Assembly (NCBI GenBank): GCA_964016885.1
Contig: OZ024741.1
Span: 243,722,001 to 243,786,000, forward strand
From: Eledone cirrhosa
Taxonomy: Eukaryota
Direction: 5' to 3'
Length of the DNA: 64,000 nt
The position numbers were made by a program, and so were the translations under genes. How positions within the stretch are numbered: position 1 is the stretch's first letter; each line of letters begins with the position of its first letter. Of this stretch, positions 1 to 11,800 are shown piece after piece. The notes below the pieces were generated by a model. The model had not been told where the DNA came from, searched no databases, and worked only from the letters and a program-made list of their open reading frames with translations.

Positions 1-196
1 GTCTGCACATGTACCAGTAATTACAGATCGATCCGACCACGGGCGGCCTGCCCACGATCGAAAAGGTAACTCCGCCGGCAAATTCGCATTTTTGTGATTC
101 GTTTCTTCGAAGCACACCATTCGCTGGTGGACTTCAGCTTCCTCATTTAGCATGGGCAGCTTTTCTTGAAAATCACACCACTCACAGACTATGAGT
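1..196 (+). repeat. Representative satellite monomer (arbitrary phase)
   Basis: First full period. Hand count gives 55 C and 41 G (49% GC) and 12 CpG. Near-invariant blocks include CAGATCGAT, CTTCGAAGCACAC, GGACTTCAGCT and CCTCATTTA. Confidence 0.97.
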
Positions 197-3100
197 GTCT
201 GCACATGTACCACTAATTACAGATCGATACGACCACGGGCGGCCTGCCCACGATCGAAAAGGTAACTCCGCCGGCAAATCCGCATTTTTGTGATTCGTTT
301 CTTCGAAGCACACCATTCGCCGCCGGACTTCAGCTTCCTCATTTAGCATGGGCAGCTTTTCTTAAAAATCACACCACACTCAGCAAATGTGTGTCTGCAC
401 ATGTAGCAGTAATTACAGATCGATCCGCCCACGGGCGGCCGGCCCACGATCGAAAAAGGTAACTCCGCCGGCAAATTCGCATTTTTGTGATTCGTTTCTT
501 CGAAGCACACCATTCGCTGGTGGACTTCAGCTTCCTCATTTAGCATGGGCAGCTTTTCTTGAAAATCACACCACTCACAGACTATGAGTCTCTGCACATG
601 TACCACTAATTACAGATCGATACGACCACGGGCGGCCTGCCCACGATCGAAAAGGTAACTCCGCCGGCAAATCCGCATTTTTGTGATTCGTTTCTTCGAA
701 GCACACCATTCGCCGCCGGACTTCAGCTTCCTCATTTAGCATGGGCAGCTTTTCTTAAAAATCACACCACACTCAGCAAATGTGTGTCTGCACATGTACC
801 AGTAATTACAGATCGATCCGACCACGGGCGGCCTGCCCACGATCGAAAAGGTAACTCCGCCGGCAAATCCTAATTTTTGTGATTCGTTTCTTCGAAGCAC
901 ACCATTCGCCGCCGGACTTCAGCTGCCTCATTTAGCATGGGCAGCTTTTCTTGAAAATCACACCACGCACAGCCAATGAGTCTCTGCACAGGTACCACTA
1001 ATTACAGATCGATACGACCAGGGGCGGCCTGCCCACGATCGAAAAGGTAACTCCGCCGGCAAATTCGCATTTTTGTGATTCGTTTCTTCGAAGCACACCA
1101 TTCGCTGGTGGACTTCAGCTTCCTCATTTAACATGGGCAGCTTTTCTTGAAAATCACACCACACTCAGCAAATGTGTGTCTGCACATGTACCAGTAATTA
1201 CAGATCGATCCGCCCACGGGCGGCCGGCCCACGATCGAAAATGTAACTCCGCCGGCAAATTCGCATTTTTGTGATTCGTTTCTTCGAAGCACACCATTCG
1301 CTGGTGGACTTCAGCTTCCTCATTTAGCATGGGCAGCTTTTCTTGAAAATCACACCACTCACAGACTATGAGTCTCTGCACATGTACCACTAATTACAGA
1401 TCGATACGACCACGGGCGGCCTGCCCACGATCGAAAAGGTAACTCCGCCGGCAAATCCGCATTTTTGTGATTCGTTTCTTCGAAGCACACCATTCGCCGC
1501 CGGACTTCAGCTTCCTCATTTAGCATGGGCAGCTTTTCTTAAAAATCACACCACACTCAGCAAATGTGTGTCTGCACATGTACCAGTAATTACAGATCGA
1601 TCCGACCACGGGCGGCCTGCCCACGATCGAAAAGGTAACTCCGCCGGCAAATTCGCATTTTTGCGATTCGTTTCTTCGAAGCACACCATTCGCTGGTGGA
1701 CTTCAGCTTCCTCATTTAACATGGGCAGCTTTTCTTGAAAATCACACCACACTCAGCAAATGTGTGTCTGCACATGTACCAGTAATTACAGATCGATCCG
1801 ACCACGGGCGGCCGGCCCACGATCGAAAAGGTAACTCCGCCGGCAAATTCGCATTTTTGTGATTCGTTTCTTCGAAGCACACCATTCGCCGCCGGACTTC
1901 AGCTTCCTCATTTAGCATGGGCAGCTTTTCTTGAAAATCACACCACACACAGCAAATGTGTGTCTGCACAGGTACCAGTAATTACAGATCGATCCGACCA
2001 CGAACGGCTGGCCCACGATCGAAAAGGTAACTCCGCCGGCAAATCCTAATTTTTGTGATTCGTTTCTTCGAAGCACACCATTCGCCGCCGGACTTCAGCT
2101 GCCTCATTTAGCATGGGCAGCTTTTCTTGAAAATCACACCACTCACAGCCAATGAGTCTCTGCACAGGTACCACTAATTACAGATCGATACGACCAGGGG
2201 CGGCCTGCCCACGATCGAAAAGGTAACTCCGCCGGCAAATCCGCATTTTTGTGATTCGTTTCTTCGAAGCACACCATTCGCCGCCGGACTTCAGCTTCCT
2301 CATTTAGCAGGGGCAGCTTTTCTTAAAAATCACACCACACTCAGCAAATGTGTGTCTGCACATGTACCAGTAATTACAGATCGATCCGACCACGGGCGGC
2401 CTGCCCACGATCGAAAAGGTAACTCCGCCGGCAAATTCGCATTTTTGTGATTCGTTTCTTCGAAGCACACCATTCGCTGGTGGACTTCAGCTTCCTCATT
2501 TAACATGGGCAGCTTTTCTTGAAAATCACACCACACTCAGCAAATCTGTGTCTGCACATGTAGCAGTAATTACAGATCGATCCGCCCACGGGCGGCCGGC
2601 CCACGATCGAAAATATAACTCCGCCGGCAAATTCGCATTTTTGTGATTCGTTTCTTCGAAGCACACCATTCGCTGGTGGACTTCAGCTTCCTCATTTAGC
2701 ATGGGCAGCTTTTCTTGAAAATCACACCACTCACAGACTATGAGTCTCTGCACATGTACCACTAATTACAGATCGATACGACCACGGGCGGCCTGCCCAC
2801 GATCGAAAAGGTAACTCCGCCGGCAAATCCGCATTTTTGTGATTCGTTTCTTCGAAGCACACCATTCGCCGCCGGACTTCAGCTTCCTCATTTAGCATGG
2901 GCAGCTTTTCTTAAAAATCACACCACACTCAGCAAATTTGTGTCTGCACATGTACCAGTAATTACAGATCGATCCGACCACGGGCGGCCGGCCCACGATC
3001 GAAAAGGTAACTCCGCCGGCAAATTCGCATTTTTGCGATTCGTTTCTTCGAAGCACACCATTCGCTGGTGGACTTCAGCTTCCTCATTTAACATGGGCAG

Positions 3101-5467
3101 CTTTTCTTGAAAATCACACCACACTCAGCAAATGTGTGTCTGCACATGTACCAGTAATTACAGATCGATCCGCCCACGGGCGGCCGGCCCACGATCGAAA
3201 ATGTAACTCCGCCGGCAAATTCGCATTTTTGTGATTCATTTCTTCGAAGCACACCATTCGCTGGTGGACTTCAGCTTCCTCATTTAGCATGGGCAGCTTT
3301 TCTTGAAAATCACACCACACACAGCAAATGTGTGTCTACACAGATACCAGTAATTACAGATCGATCCGACCACGGACGGCTGGCCCAGGATCGAAAAGGT
3401 AACTCCGCCGGCAAATTCGCATTTTTGTGATTCGTTTCTTCGAAGCACACCATTCGCCGCCGGACTTCAGCTTCCTCATTTAGCATGGGCAGCTTTTCTT
3501 GAAAATCACACCACTCACAGCAAATGTGAGTCTGCACATGTACCAGTAATTACAGATCGATCCGACAACGGGCGGCCGGCCCACGATCGAAAAGGTAACT
3601 CCGCCGCCAAAGTCGCATTTTTGTGATTCGTTTCTTCGAAGCACACCATTCGCTGGTGGACTTCAGCTTCCTCATTTAGCATGGGCAGCTTTTCTTGAAA
3701 ATCACACCACACACAGCAAATGTGTGTCTGCACATTTACCAGTAATTACAGATCGATCCGACCACGGGCGGCCGGCCCACGATCGAAAAGGTAACTCCGC
3801 CGGCAAATTCGCATTTTTGTGATTCGTTTCTTCGAAGCACACCATTCGCCGCCGGACTTCAGCTTCCTCATTTAGCATGGGCAGCTTTTCTTGAAAATCA
3901 CACCACACACAGCAAATGTGTGTCTGCACAGGTACCAGTAATTACAGATCGATCCGACCACGAACGGCTGGCCCACGATCGAAAAGGTAACTCCGCCGGC
4001 AAATCCTAATTTTTGTGATTCGTTTCTTCGAAGCACACCATTCGCCGCCGGACTTCAGCTGCCTCATTTAGCATGGGCAGCTTTTCTTGAAAATCACACC
4101 ACGCACAGCCAATGAGTCTCTGCACAGGTACCACTAATTACAGATCGATACGACCAGGGGCGGCCTGCCCACGATCGAAAAGGTAACTCCGCCGGCAAAT
4201 TCGCATTTTTGTGATTCGTTTCTTCGAAGCACACCATTCGCTGGTGGACTTCAGCTTCCTCATTTAACATGGGCAGCTTTTCTTGAAAATCACACCACAC
4301 TCAGCAAATGTGTGTCTGCACATGTACCAGTAATTACAGATCGATCCGCCCACGGGCGGCCGGCCCACGATCGAAAATGTAACTCCGCCGGCAAATTCGC
4401 ATTTTTGTGATTCGTTTCTTCGAAGCACACCATTCGCTGGTGGACTTCAGCTTCCTCATTTAGCATGGGCAGCTTTTCTTGAAAATCACACCACTCACAG
4501 ACTATGAGTCTCTGCACATGTACCACTAATTACAGATCGATACGACCACGGGCGGCCTGCCCACGATCGAAAAGGTAACTCCGCCGGCAAATCCGCATTT
4601 TTGTGATTCGTTTCTTCGAAGCACACCATTCGCCGCCGGACTTCAGCTTCCTCATTTAGCATGGGCAGCTTTTCTTAAAAATCACACCACACTCAGCAAA
4701 AATGTGTGTCTGCACATGTACCAGTAATTACAGATCGATCCGACCACGGGCGGCCTGCCCACGATCGAAAAGGTAACTCCGCCGGCAAATTCGCATTTTT
4801 GCGATTCGTTTCTTCGAAGCACACCATTCGCTGGTGGACTTCAGCTTCCTCATTTAACATGGGCAGCTTTTCTTGAAAATCACACCACACTCAGCAAATG
4901 TGTGTCTGCACATGTACCAGTAATTACAGATCGATCCGCCCACGGGCGGCCGGCCCACGATCGAAAATGTAACTCCGCCGGCAAATTCGCATTTTTGTGA
5001 TTCATTTCTTCGAAGCACACCATTCGCTGGTGGACTTCAGCTTCCTCATTTAGCATGGGCAGCGTTTCTTGAAAATCACACCACACACAGCAAATGTGTG
5101 TCCACACAAGTACCAGTAATTACAGATCGATCCGACCACGGACGGCTGGCCCAGGATCGAAAAGGTAACTCCGCCGGCAAATTCGCATTTTTGTGATTCG
5201 TTTCTTCGAAGCACACCATTCGCCGCCGGACTTCAGCTTCCTCATTTAGCATGGGCAGCTTTTCTTGAAAATCACACCACTCACAGCAAATGTGTGTCTG
5301 CACATGTACCAGTAATTACAGATCGATCCGACAACGGGCGGCCGGCCCACGATCGAAAAGGTAACTCCGCCGCCAAAGTCGCATTTTTGTGATTCGTTTC
5401 TTCGAAGCACACCATTAGCCGCCGGACTTCAGCTTCCTCATTTAGCATGGGCAGCTTTTCTTGAAAA

Positions 5468-5859
5468 TCACACCACACACAGCAAATGTGTGTCTGCACA
5501 TGTACCAGTACGTACAGATCGATCCGACCACGGGCGGCAGGCCCACATTCGAAAAGGTTACTCCGCCTGCAAATCGTCATTTTCGGATTCGTTTTCTTCG
5601 AAGCACACCATTCGCCGGCGGACTTCAGCTGCCTCATTTAGCATGGGCAGCTTTTCTTGAAAATCACACCTCACACAGCAAATGTGTCTCTGCACATGTA
5701 CTAGTAATTACAGATCGATCCGACCACGGGCAACCGGCCCACGATCGAAAAGGTAACTCCGGCGGCAAATTCGCATTTTTGTGATTCGTTTCTTCGAAGC
5801 ACACCATTCGCCGCCGGACTTCAGCTTCCTCATTTAGCATGGGCAGCTTTTCTTGAAAA
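5468..5859 (+). repeat. Diverged monomer 'D' plus its partner monomer 'E' (first of 21 D copies)
   Basis: D carries CAGTACGTACAG, GGCAGGCCCACATTCG, GGTTACTCCGCCTGCAAATCGTCATTTTCGGATTCGTTTTC and CGCCGGCGG. E carries CACCTCAC, GTACTAG and GGGCAACCGG. D copies are marked by the + strand MKITPH ORFs starting at 5461, 7226, 10363, 11735, 14872, 16244, 20557, 22910, 24871, 26047, 30951, 35855, 39386, 42719, 46836, 51541, 52325, 56833, 57421, 61929 and 62517. Confidence 0.93.
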
Positions 5860-8834
5860 TCACACCACACTCAGCAAATGTGTGTCTGCACATGTACCAG
5901 TAATTACAGATCGATCCGACCACGGGCGGCCTGCCCACGATCGAAAAGGTAACTCCGCCGGCAAATTCGCATTTTTGTGATTCGTTTCTTCGAAGCACAC
6001 CATTCGCTGGTGGACTTCAGCTTCCTCATTTAGCATGGGCAGCTTTTCTTGAAAATCACACCACTCACAGACTATGAGTGTCTGCACATGTACCACTAAT
6101 TACAGATCGATACGACCACGGGCGGCCTGCCCACGATCGAAAAGGTAACTCCGCCGGCAAATCCGCATTTTTGTGATTCGTTTCTTCGAAGCACACCATT
6201 CGCCGCCGGACTTCAGCTTCCTCATTTAGCATGGGCAGCTTTTCTTAAAAATCACACCACACTCAGCAAATCTGTGTCTGCACATGTAGCAGTAATTACA
6301 GATCGATCCGCCCACGGGCGGCCGGCCCACGATCGAAAAAGGTAACTCCGCCGGCAAATTCGCATTTTTGTGATTCGTTTCTTCGAAGCACACCATTCGC
6401 TGGTGGACTTCAGCTTCCTCATTTAGCATGGGCAGCTTTTCTTGAAAATCACACCACTCACAGACTATGAGTCTCTGCACATGTACCACTAATTACAGAT
6501 CGATACGACCACGGGCGGCCTGCCCACGATCGAAAAGGTAACTCCGCCGGCAAATCCGCATTTTTGTGATTCGTTTCTTCGAAGCACACCATTCGCCGCC
6601 GGACTTCAGCTTCCTCATTTAGCATGGGCAGCTTTTCTTAAAAATCACACCACACTCAGCAAATGTGTGTCTGCACATGTACCAGTAATTACAGATCGAT
6701 CCGACCACGGGCGGCCTGCCCACGATCGAAAAGGTAACTCCGCCGGCAAATTCGCATTTTTGCGATACGTTTCTTCGAAGCACACCATTCGCTGGTGGAC
6801 TTCAGCTTCCTCATTTAACATGGGCAGCTTTTCTTGAAAATCACACCACACTCAGCAAATGTGTGTCTGCACATGTACCAGTAATTACAGATCGATCCGC
6901 CCACGGGCGGCCGGCCCACGATCGAAAATGTAACTCCGCCGGCAAATTCGCATTTTTGTGATTCATTTCTTCGAAGCACACCATTCGCTGGTGGACTTCA
7001 GCTTCCTCATTTAGCATGGGCAGCTTTTCTTGAAAATCACACCACACACAGCAAATGTGTGTCTACACAGGTACCAGTAATTACAGATCGATCCGACCAC
7101 GGACGGCTGGCCCAGGATCGAAAAGGTAACTCCGCCGGCAAATTCGCATTTTTGTGATTCGTTTCTTCGAAGCACACCATTCGCCGCCGGACTTCAGCTT
7201 CCTCATTTAGCATGGGCAGCTTTTCTTGAAAATCACACCACACACAGCAAATGTGTGTCTGCACATGTACCAGTACGTACAGATCGATCCGACCACGGGC
7301 GGCAGGCCCACATTCGAAAAGGTTACTCCGCCTGCAAATCGTCATTTTCGGATTCGTTTTCTTCGAAGCACACCATTCGCCGGCGGACTTCAGCTGCCTC
7401 ATTTAGCATGGGCAGCTTTTCTTGAAAATCACACCTCACACAGCAAATGTGTCTCTGCACATGTACTAGTAATTACAGATCGATCCGCCCACGGGCGGCC
7501 GGCCCACGATCGAAAAAGGTAACTCCGCCGGCAAATTCGCATTTTTGTGATTCGTTTCTTCGAAGCACACCATTCGCTGGTGGACTTCAGCTTCCTCATT
7601 TAGCATGGGCAGCTTTTCTTGAAAATCACACCACTCACAGACTATGAGTCTCTGCACATGTACCACTAATTACAGATCGATACGACCACGGGCGGCCTGC
7701 CCACGATCGAAAAGGTAACTCCGCCGGCAAATCCGCATTTTTGTGATTCGTTTCTTCGAAGCACACCATTCGCCGCCGGACTTCAGCTTCCTCATTTAGC
7801 ATGGGCAGCTTTTCTTAAAAATCACACCACACTCAGCAAATGTGTGTCTGCACATGTACCAGTAATTACAGATCGATCCGACCACGGGCGGCCTGCCCAC
7901 GATCGAAAAGGTAACTCCGCCGGCAAATTCGCATTTTTGCGATTCGTTTCTTCGAAGCACACCATTCGCTGGTGGACTTCAGCTTCCTCATTTAACATGG
8001 GCAGCTTTTCTTGAAAATCACACCACACTCAGCAAATGTGTGTCTGCACATGTACCAGTAATTACAGATCGATCCGCCCACGGGCGGCCGGCCCACGATC
8101 GAAAATGTAACTCCGCCGGCAAATTCGCATTTTTGTGATTCATTTCTTCGAAGCACACCATTCGCTGGTGGACTTCAGCTTCCTCATTTAGCATGGGCAG
8201 CTTTTCTTGAAAATCACACCACACACAGCAAATGTGTGTCTACACAGGTACCAGTAATTACAGATCGATCCGACCACGGACGGCTGGCCCAGGATCGAAA
8301 AGGTAACTCCGCCGGCAAATTCGCATTTTTGTGATTCGTTTCTTCGAAGCACACCATTCGCCGCCGGACTTCAGCTTCCTCATTTAGCATGGGCAGCTTT
8401 TCTTGAAAATCACACCACTCACAGCAAATGTGTGTCTGCACATGTACCAGTAATTACAGATCGATCCGACAACGGGCGGCCGGCCCACGATCGAAAAGGT
8501 AACTCCGCCGCCAAAGTCGCATTTTTGTGATTCGTTTCTTCGAAGCACACTATTCGCTGGTGGACTTCAGCTTCCTCATTTAGCATGGGCAGCTTTTCTT
8601 GAAAATCACACCACACACAGCAAATGTGTGTCTGCACATTTACCAGTAATTACAGATCGATCCGACCACGGGCGGCCGGCCCACGATCGAAAAGGTAACT
8701 CCGCCGGCAAATTCGCATTTTTGTGATTCGTTTCTTCGAAGCACACCATTCGCCGCCGGACTTCAGCTTCCTCATTTAGCATGGGCAGCTTTTCTTGAAA
8801 ATCACACCACACACAGCAAATGTGTGTCTGCACA

Positions 8835-11800
8835 GGTACCAGTAATTACAGATCGATCCGACCACGAACGGCTGGCCCACGATCGAAAAGGTAACTCCGC
8901 CGGCAAATCCTAATTTTTGTGATTCGTTTCTTCGAAGCACACCATTCGCCGCCGGACTTCAGCTGCCTCATTTAGCATGGGCAGCTTTTCTTGAAAATCA
9001 CACCACTCACAGCCAATGAGTCTCTGCACAAGTACCACTAATTACAGATCGATACGACCAGGGGCGGCCTGCCCACGATCGAAAAGGTAACTCCGCCGGC
9101 AAATCCGCATTTTTGTGATTCGTTTCTTCGAAGCACACCATTCGCCGCCGGACTTCAGCTTCCTCATTTAGCAGGGGCAGCTTTTCTTAAAAATCACACC
9201 ACACTCAGCAAATGTGTGTCTGCACATGTACCAGTAATTACAGATCGATCCGACCACGGGCGGCCTGCCCACGATCGAAAAGGTAACTCCGCCGGCAAAT
9301 TCGCATTTTTGTGATTCGTTTCTTCGAAGCACACCATTCGCTGGTGGACTTCAGCTTCCTCATTTAGCATGGGCAGCTTTTCTTGAAAATCACACCACTC
9401 ACAGACTATGAGTGTCTGCACATGTACCACTAATTACAGATCGATACGACCACGGGCGGCCTGCCCACGATCGAAAAGGTAACTCCGCCGGCAAATCCGC
9501 ATTTTTGTGATTCGTTTCTTCGAAGCACACCATTCGCCGCCGGACTTCAGCTTCCTCATTTAGCATGGGCAGCTTTTCTTAAAAATCACACCACACTCAG
9601 CAAATGTGTGTCTGCACATGTGCCAGTAATTACAGATCGATCCAACCACGGGCGGCCTGCCCACGATCGAAAAGGTAACTCCGCCGGCAAATTCGCATTT
9701 TTGTGATTCGTTTCTTCGAAGCACACCATTCGCTGGTGGACTTCAGCTTCCTCATTTAACATGGGCAGCTTTTCTTGAAAATCACACCACACTTAGCAAA
9801 TGTGTGTCTGCACATGTACCAGTAATTACAGATCGATCCGCCCACGGGCGGCCGGCCCACGATCGAAAATGTAACTCCGCCGGCAAATTCGCATTTTTGT
9901 GATTCATTTCTTCGAAGCACACCATTCGCTGGTGGACTTCAGCTTCCTCATTTAGCATGGGCAGCTTTTCTTGAAAATCACACCACACACAGCAAATGTG
10001 TGTCTACACAGGTACCAGTAATTACAGATCGATCAGACCACGGACGGCTGGCCCAGGATCGAAAAGGTAACTCCGGCGGCAAATTCGCATTTTTGTGATT
10101 CGTTTCTTCGAAGCACACCATTCGCTGGTGGACTTCAGCTTCCTCATTTAGCATGGTCAGCTTTTCTTGAAAATCACACCACACACAGCCAATGAGTGTC
10201 TGCACATGTACCAGTAATTACAGATCGATCCGACCACGGGCGGCCGGCCCACGATCGAAAAGGTAACTCCGCCGGCAAATTCGCATTTTTGTGATTCGTT
10301 TCTTCGAAGCACACCATTAGCCGCCGGACTTCAGCTTCCTCATTTAGCATGGGCAGCTTTTCTTGAAAATCACACCACACACAGCAAATGTGTGTCTGCA
10401 CATGTACCAGTACGTACAGATCGATCCGACCACGGGCGGCAGGCCCACATTCGAAAAGGTTACTCCGCCTGCAAATCGTCATTTTCGGATTCGTTTTCTT
10501 CGAAGCACACCATTCGCCGGCGGACTTCAGCTGCCTCATTTAGCATGGGCAGCTTTTCTTGAAAATCACACCTCACACAGCAAATGTGTCTCTGCACATG
10601 TACTAGTAATTACAGATCGATCCGACCACGGGCAACCGGCCCACGATCGAAAAGGTAACTCCGGCGGCAAATTCGCATTTTTGTGATTCGTTTCTTCGAA
10701 GCACACCATTCGCCGCCGGACTTCAGCTTCCTCATTTAGCATGGGCAGCTTTTCTTGAAAATCACACCACACTCAGCAAATGTGTGTCTGCACATGTACC
10801 AGTAATTACAGATCGATCCGACCACGGGCGGCCTGCCCACGATCGAAAAGGTAACTCCGCCGGCAAATTCGCATTTTTGTGATTCGTTTCTTCGAAGCAC
10901 ACCATTCGCTGGTGGACTTCAGCTTCCTCATTTAGCATGGGCAGCTTTTCTTGAAAATCACACCACTCACAGACTATGAGTGTCTGCACATGTACCACTA
11001 ATTACAGATCGATACGACCACGGGCGGCCTGCCCACGATCGAAAAGGTAACTCCGCCGGCAAATTCGCATTTTTGTGATTCGTTTCTTCGAAGCACACCA
11101 TTCGCCGCCGGACTTCAGCTTCCTCATTTAGCATGGGCAGCTTTTCTTAAAAATCACACCACACTCAGCAAATGTGTGTCTGCACATGTACCAGTAATTA
11201 CAGATCGATCCGACCACGGGCGGCCTGCCCACGATCGAAAAGGTAACTCCGCCGGCAAATTCGCATTTTTGTGATTCGTTTCTTCGAAGCACACCATTCG
11301 CTGGTGGACTTCAGCTTCCTCATTTAACATGGGCAGCTTTTCTTGAAAATCACACCACACTTAGCAAATGTGTGTCTGCACATGTACCAGTAATTACAGA
11401 TCGATCAGCCCACGGGCGGCCGGCCCACGATCGAAAATGTAACTCCGCCGGCAAATTCGCATTTTTGTGATTCATTTCTTCGAAGCACACCATTCGCTGG
11501 TGGACTTCAGCTTCCTCATTTAGCATGGGCAGCTTTTCTTGAAAATCACACCACACACAGCAAATGTGTGTCTACACAGGTACCAGTAATTACAGATCGA
11601 TCCGACCACGGACGGCTGGCCCAGGATCGAAAAGGTAACTCCGGCGGCAAATTCGCATTTTTGTGATTCGTTTCTTCGAAGCACACCATTAGCCGCCGGA
11701 CTTCAGCTTCCTCATTTAGCATGGGCAGCTTTTCTTGAAAATCACACCACACACAGCAAATGTGTGTCTGCACATGTACCAGTACGTACAGATCGATCCG

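Noticed and set aside
55-135. CENP-B box (TTCG....A..CGGG)
   Set aside because: Several TTCG motifs occur on both strands, but none is followed by CGGG at the required spacing.
97-140. Hammerhead ribozyme as in newt, schistosome and cricket satellites (minus strand has CTGAAG...CACCA/TGGTG stem...GAAAC)
   Set aside because: The core reads CTGAAGT rather than CTGANGA, GAAA is not adjacent to the stem, the stem is absent in the CCGCCGG class, and I could not build stems I and III. An Infernal/Rfam scan would settle it.
103-160. tRNA/SINE-derived Pol III promoter (CTTCGAAGC resembles a B box)
   Set aside because: The match to GTTCGANNC is imperfect, there is no properly placed A box, and no cloverleaf is evident.
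103-170. STAT-like TTCTTCGAA (103-111) and heat-shock-element-like TTCTTGAA (163-170) motifs
   Set aside because: These are short motifs expected by chance. A functional HSE normally needs three or more nGAAn units, and the organism is unknown.
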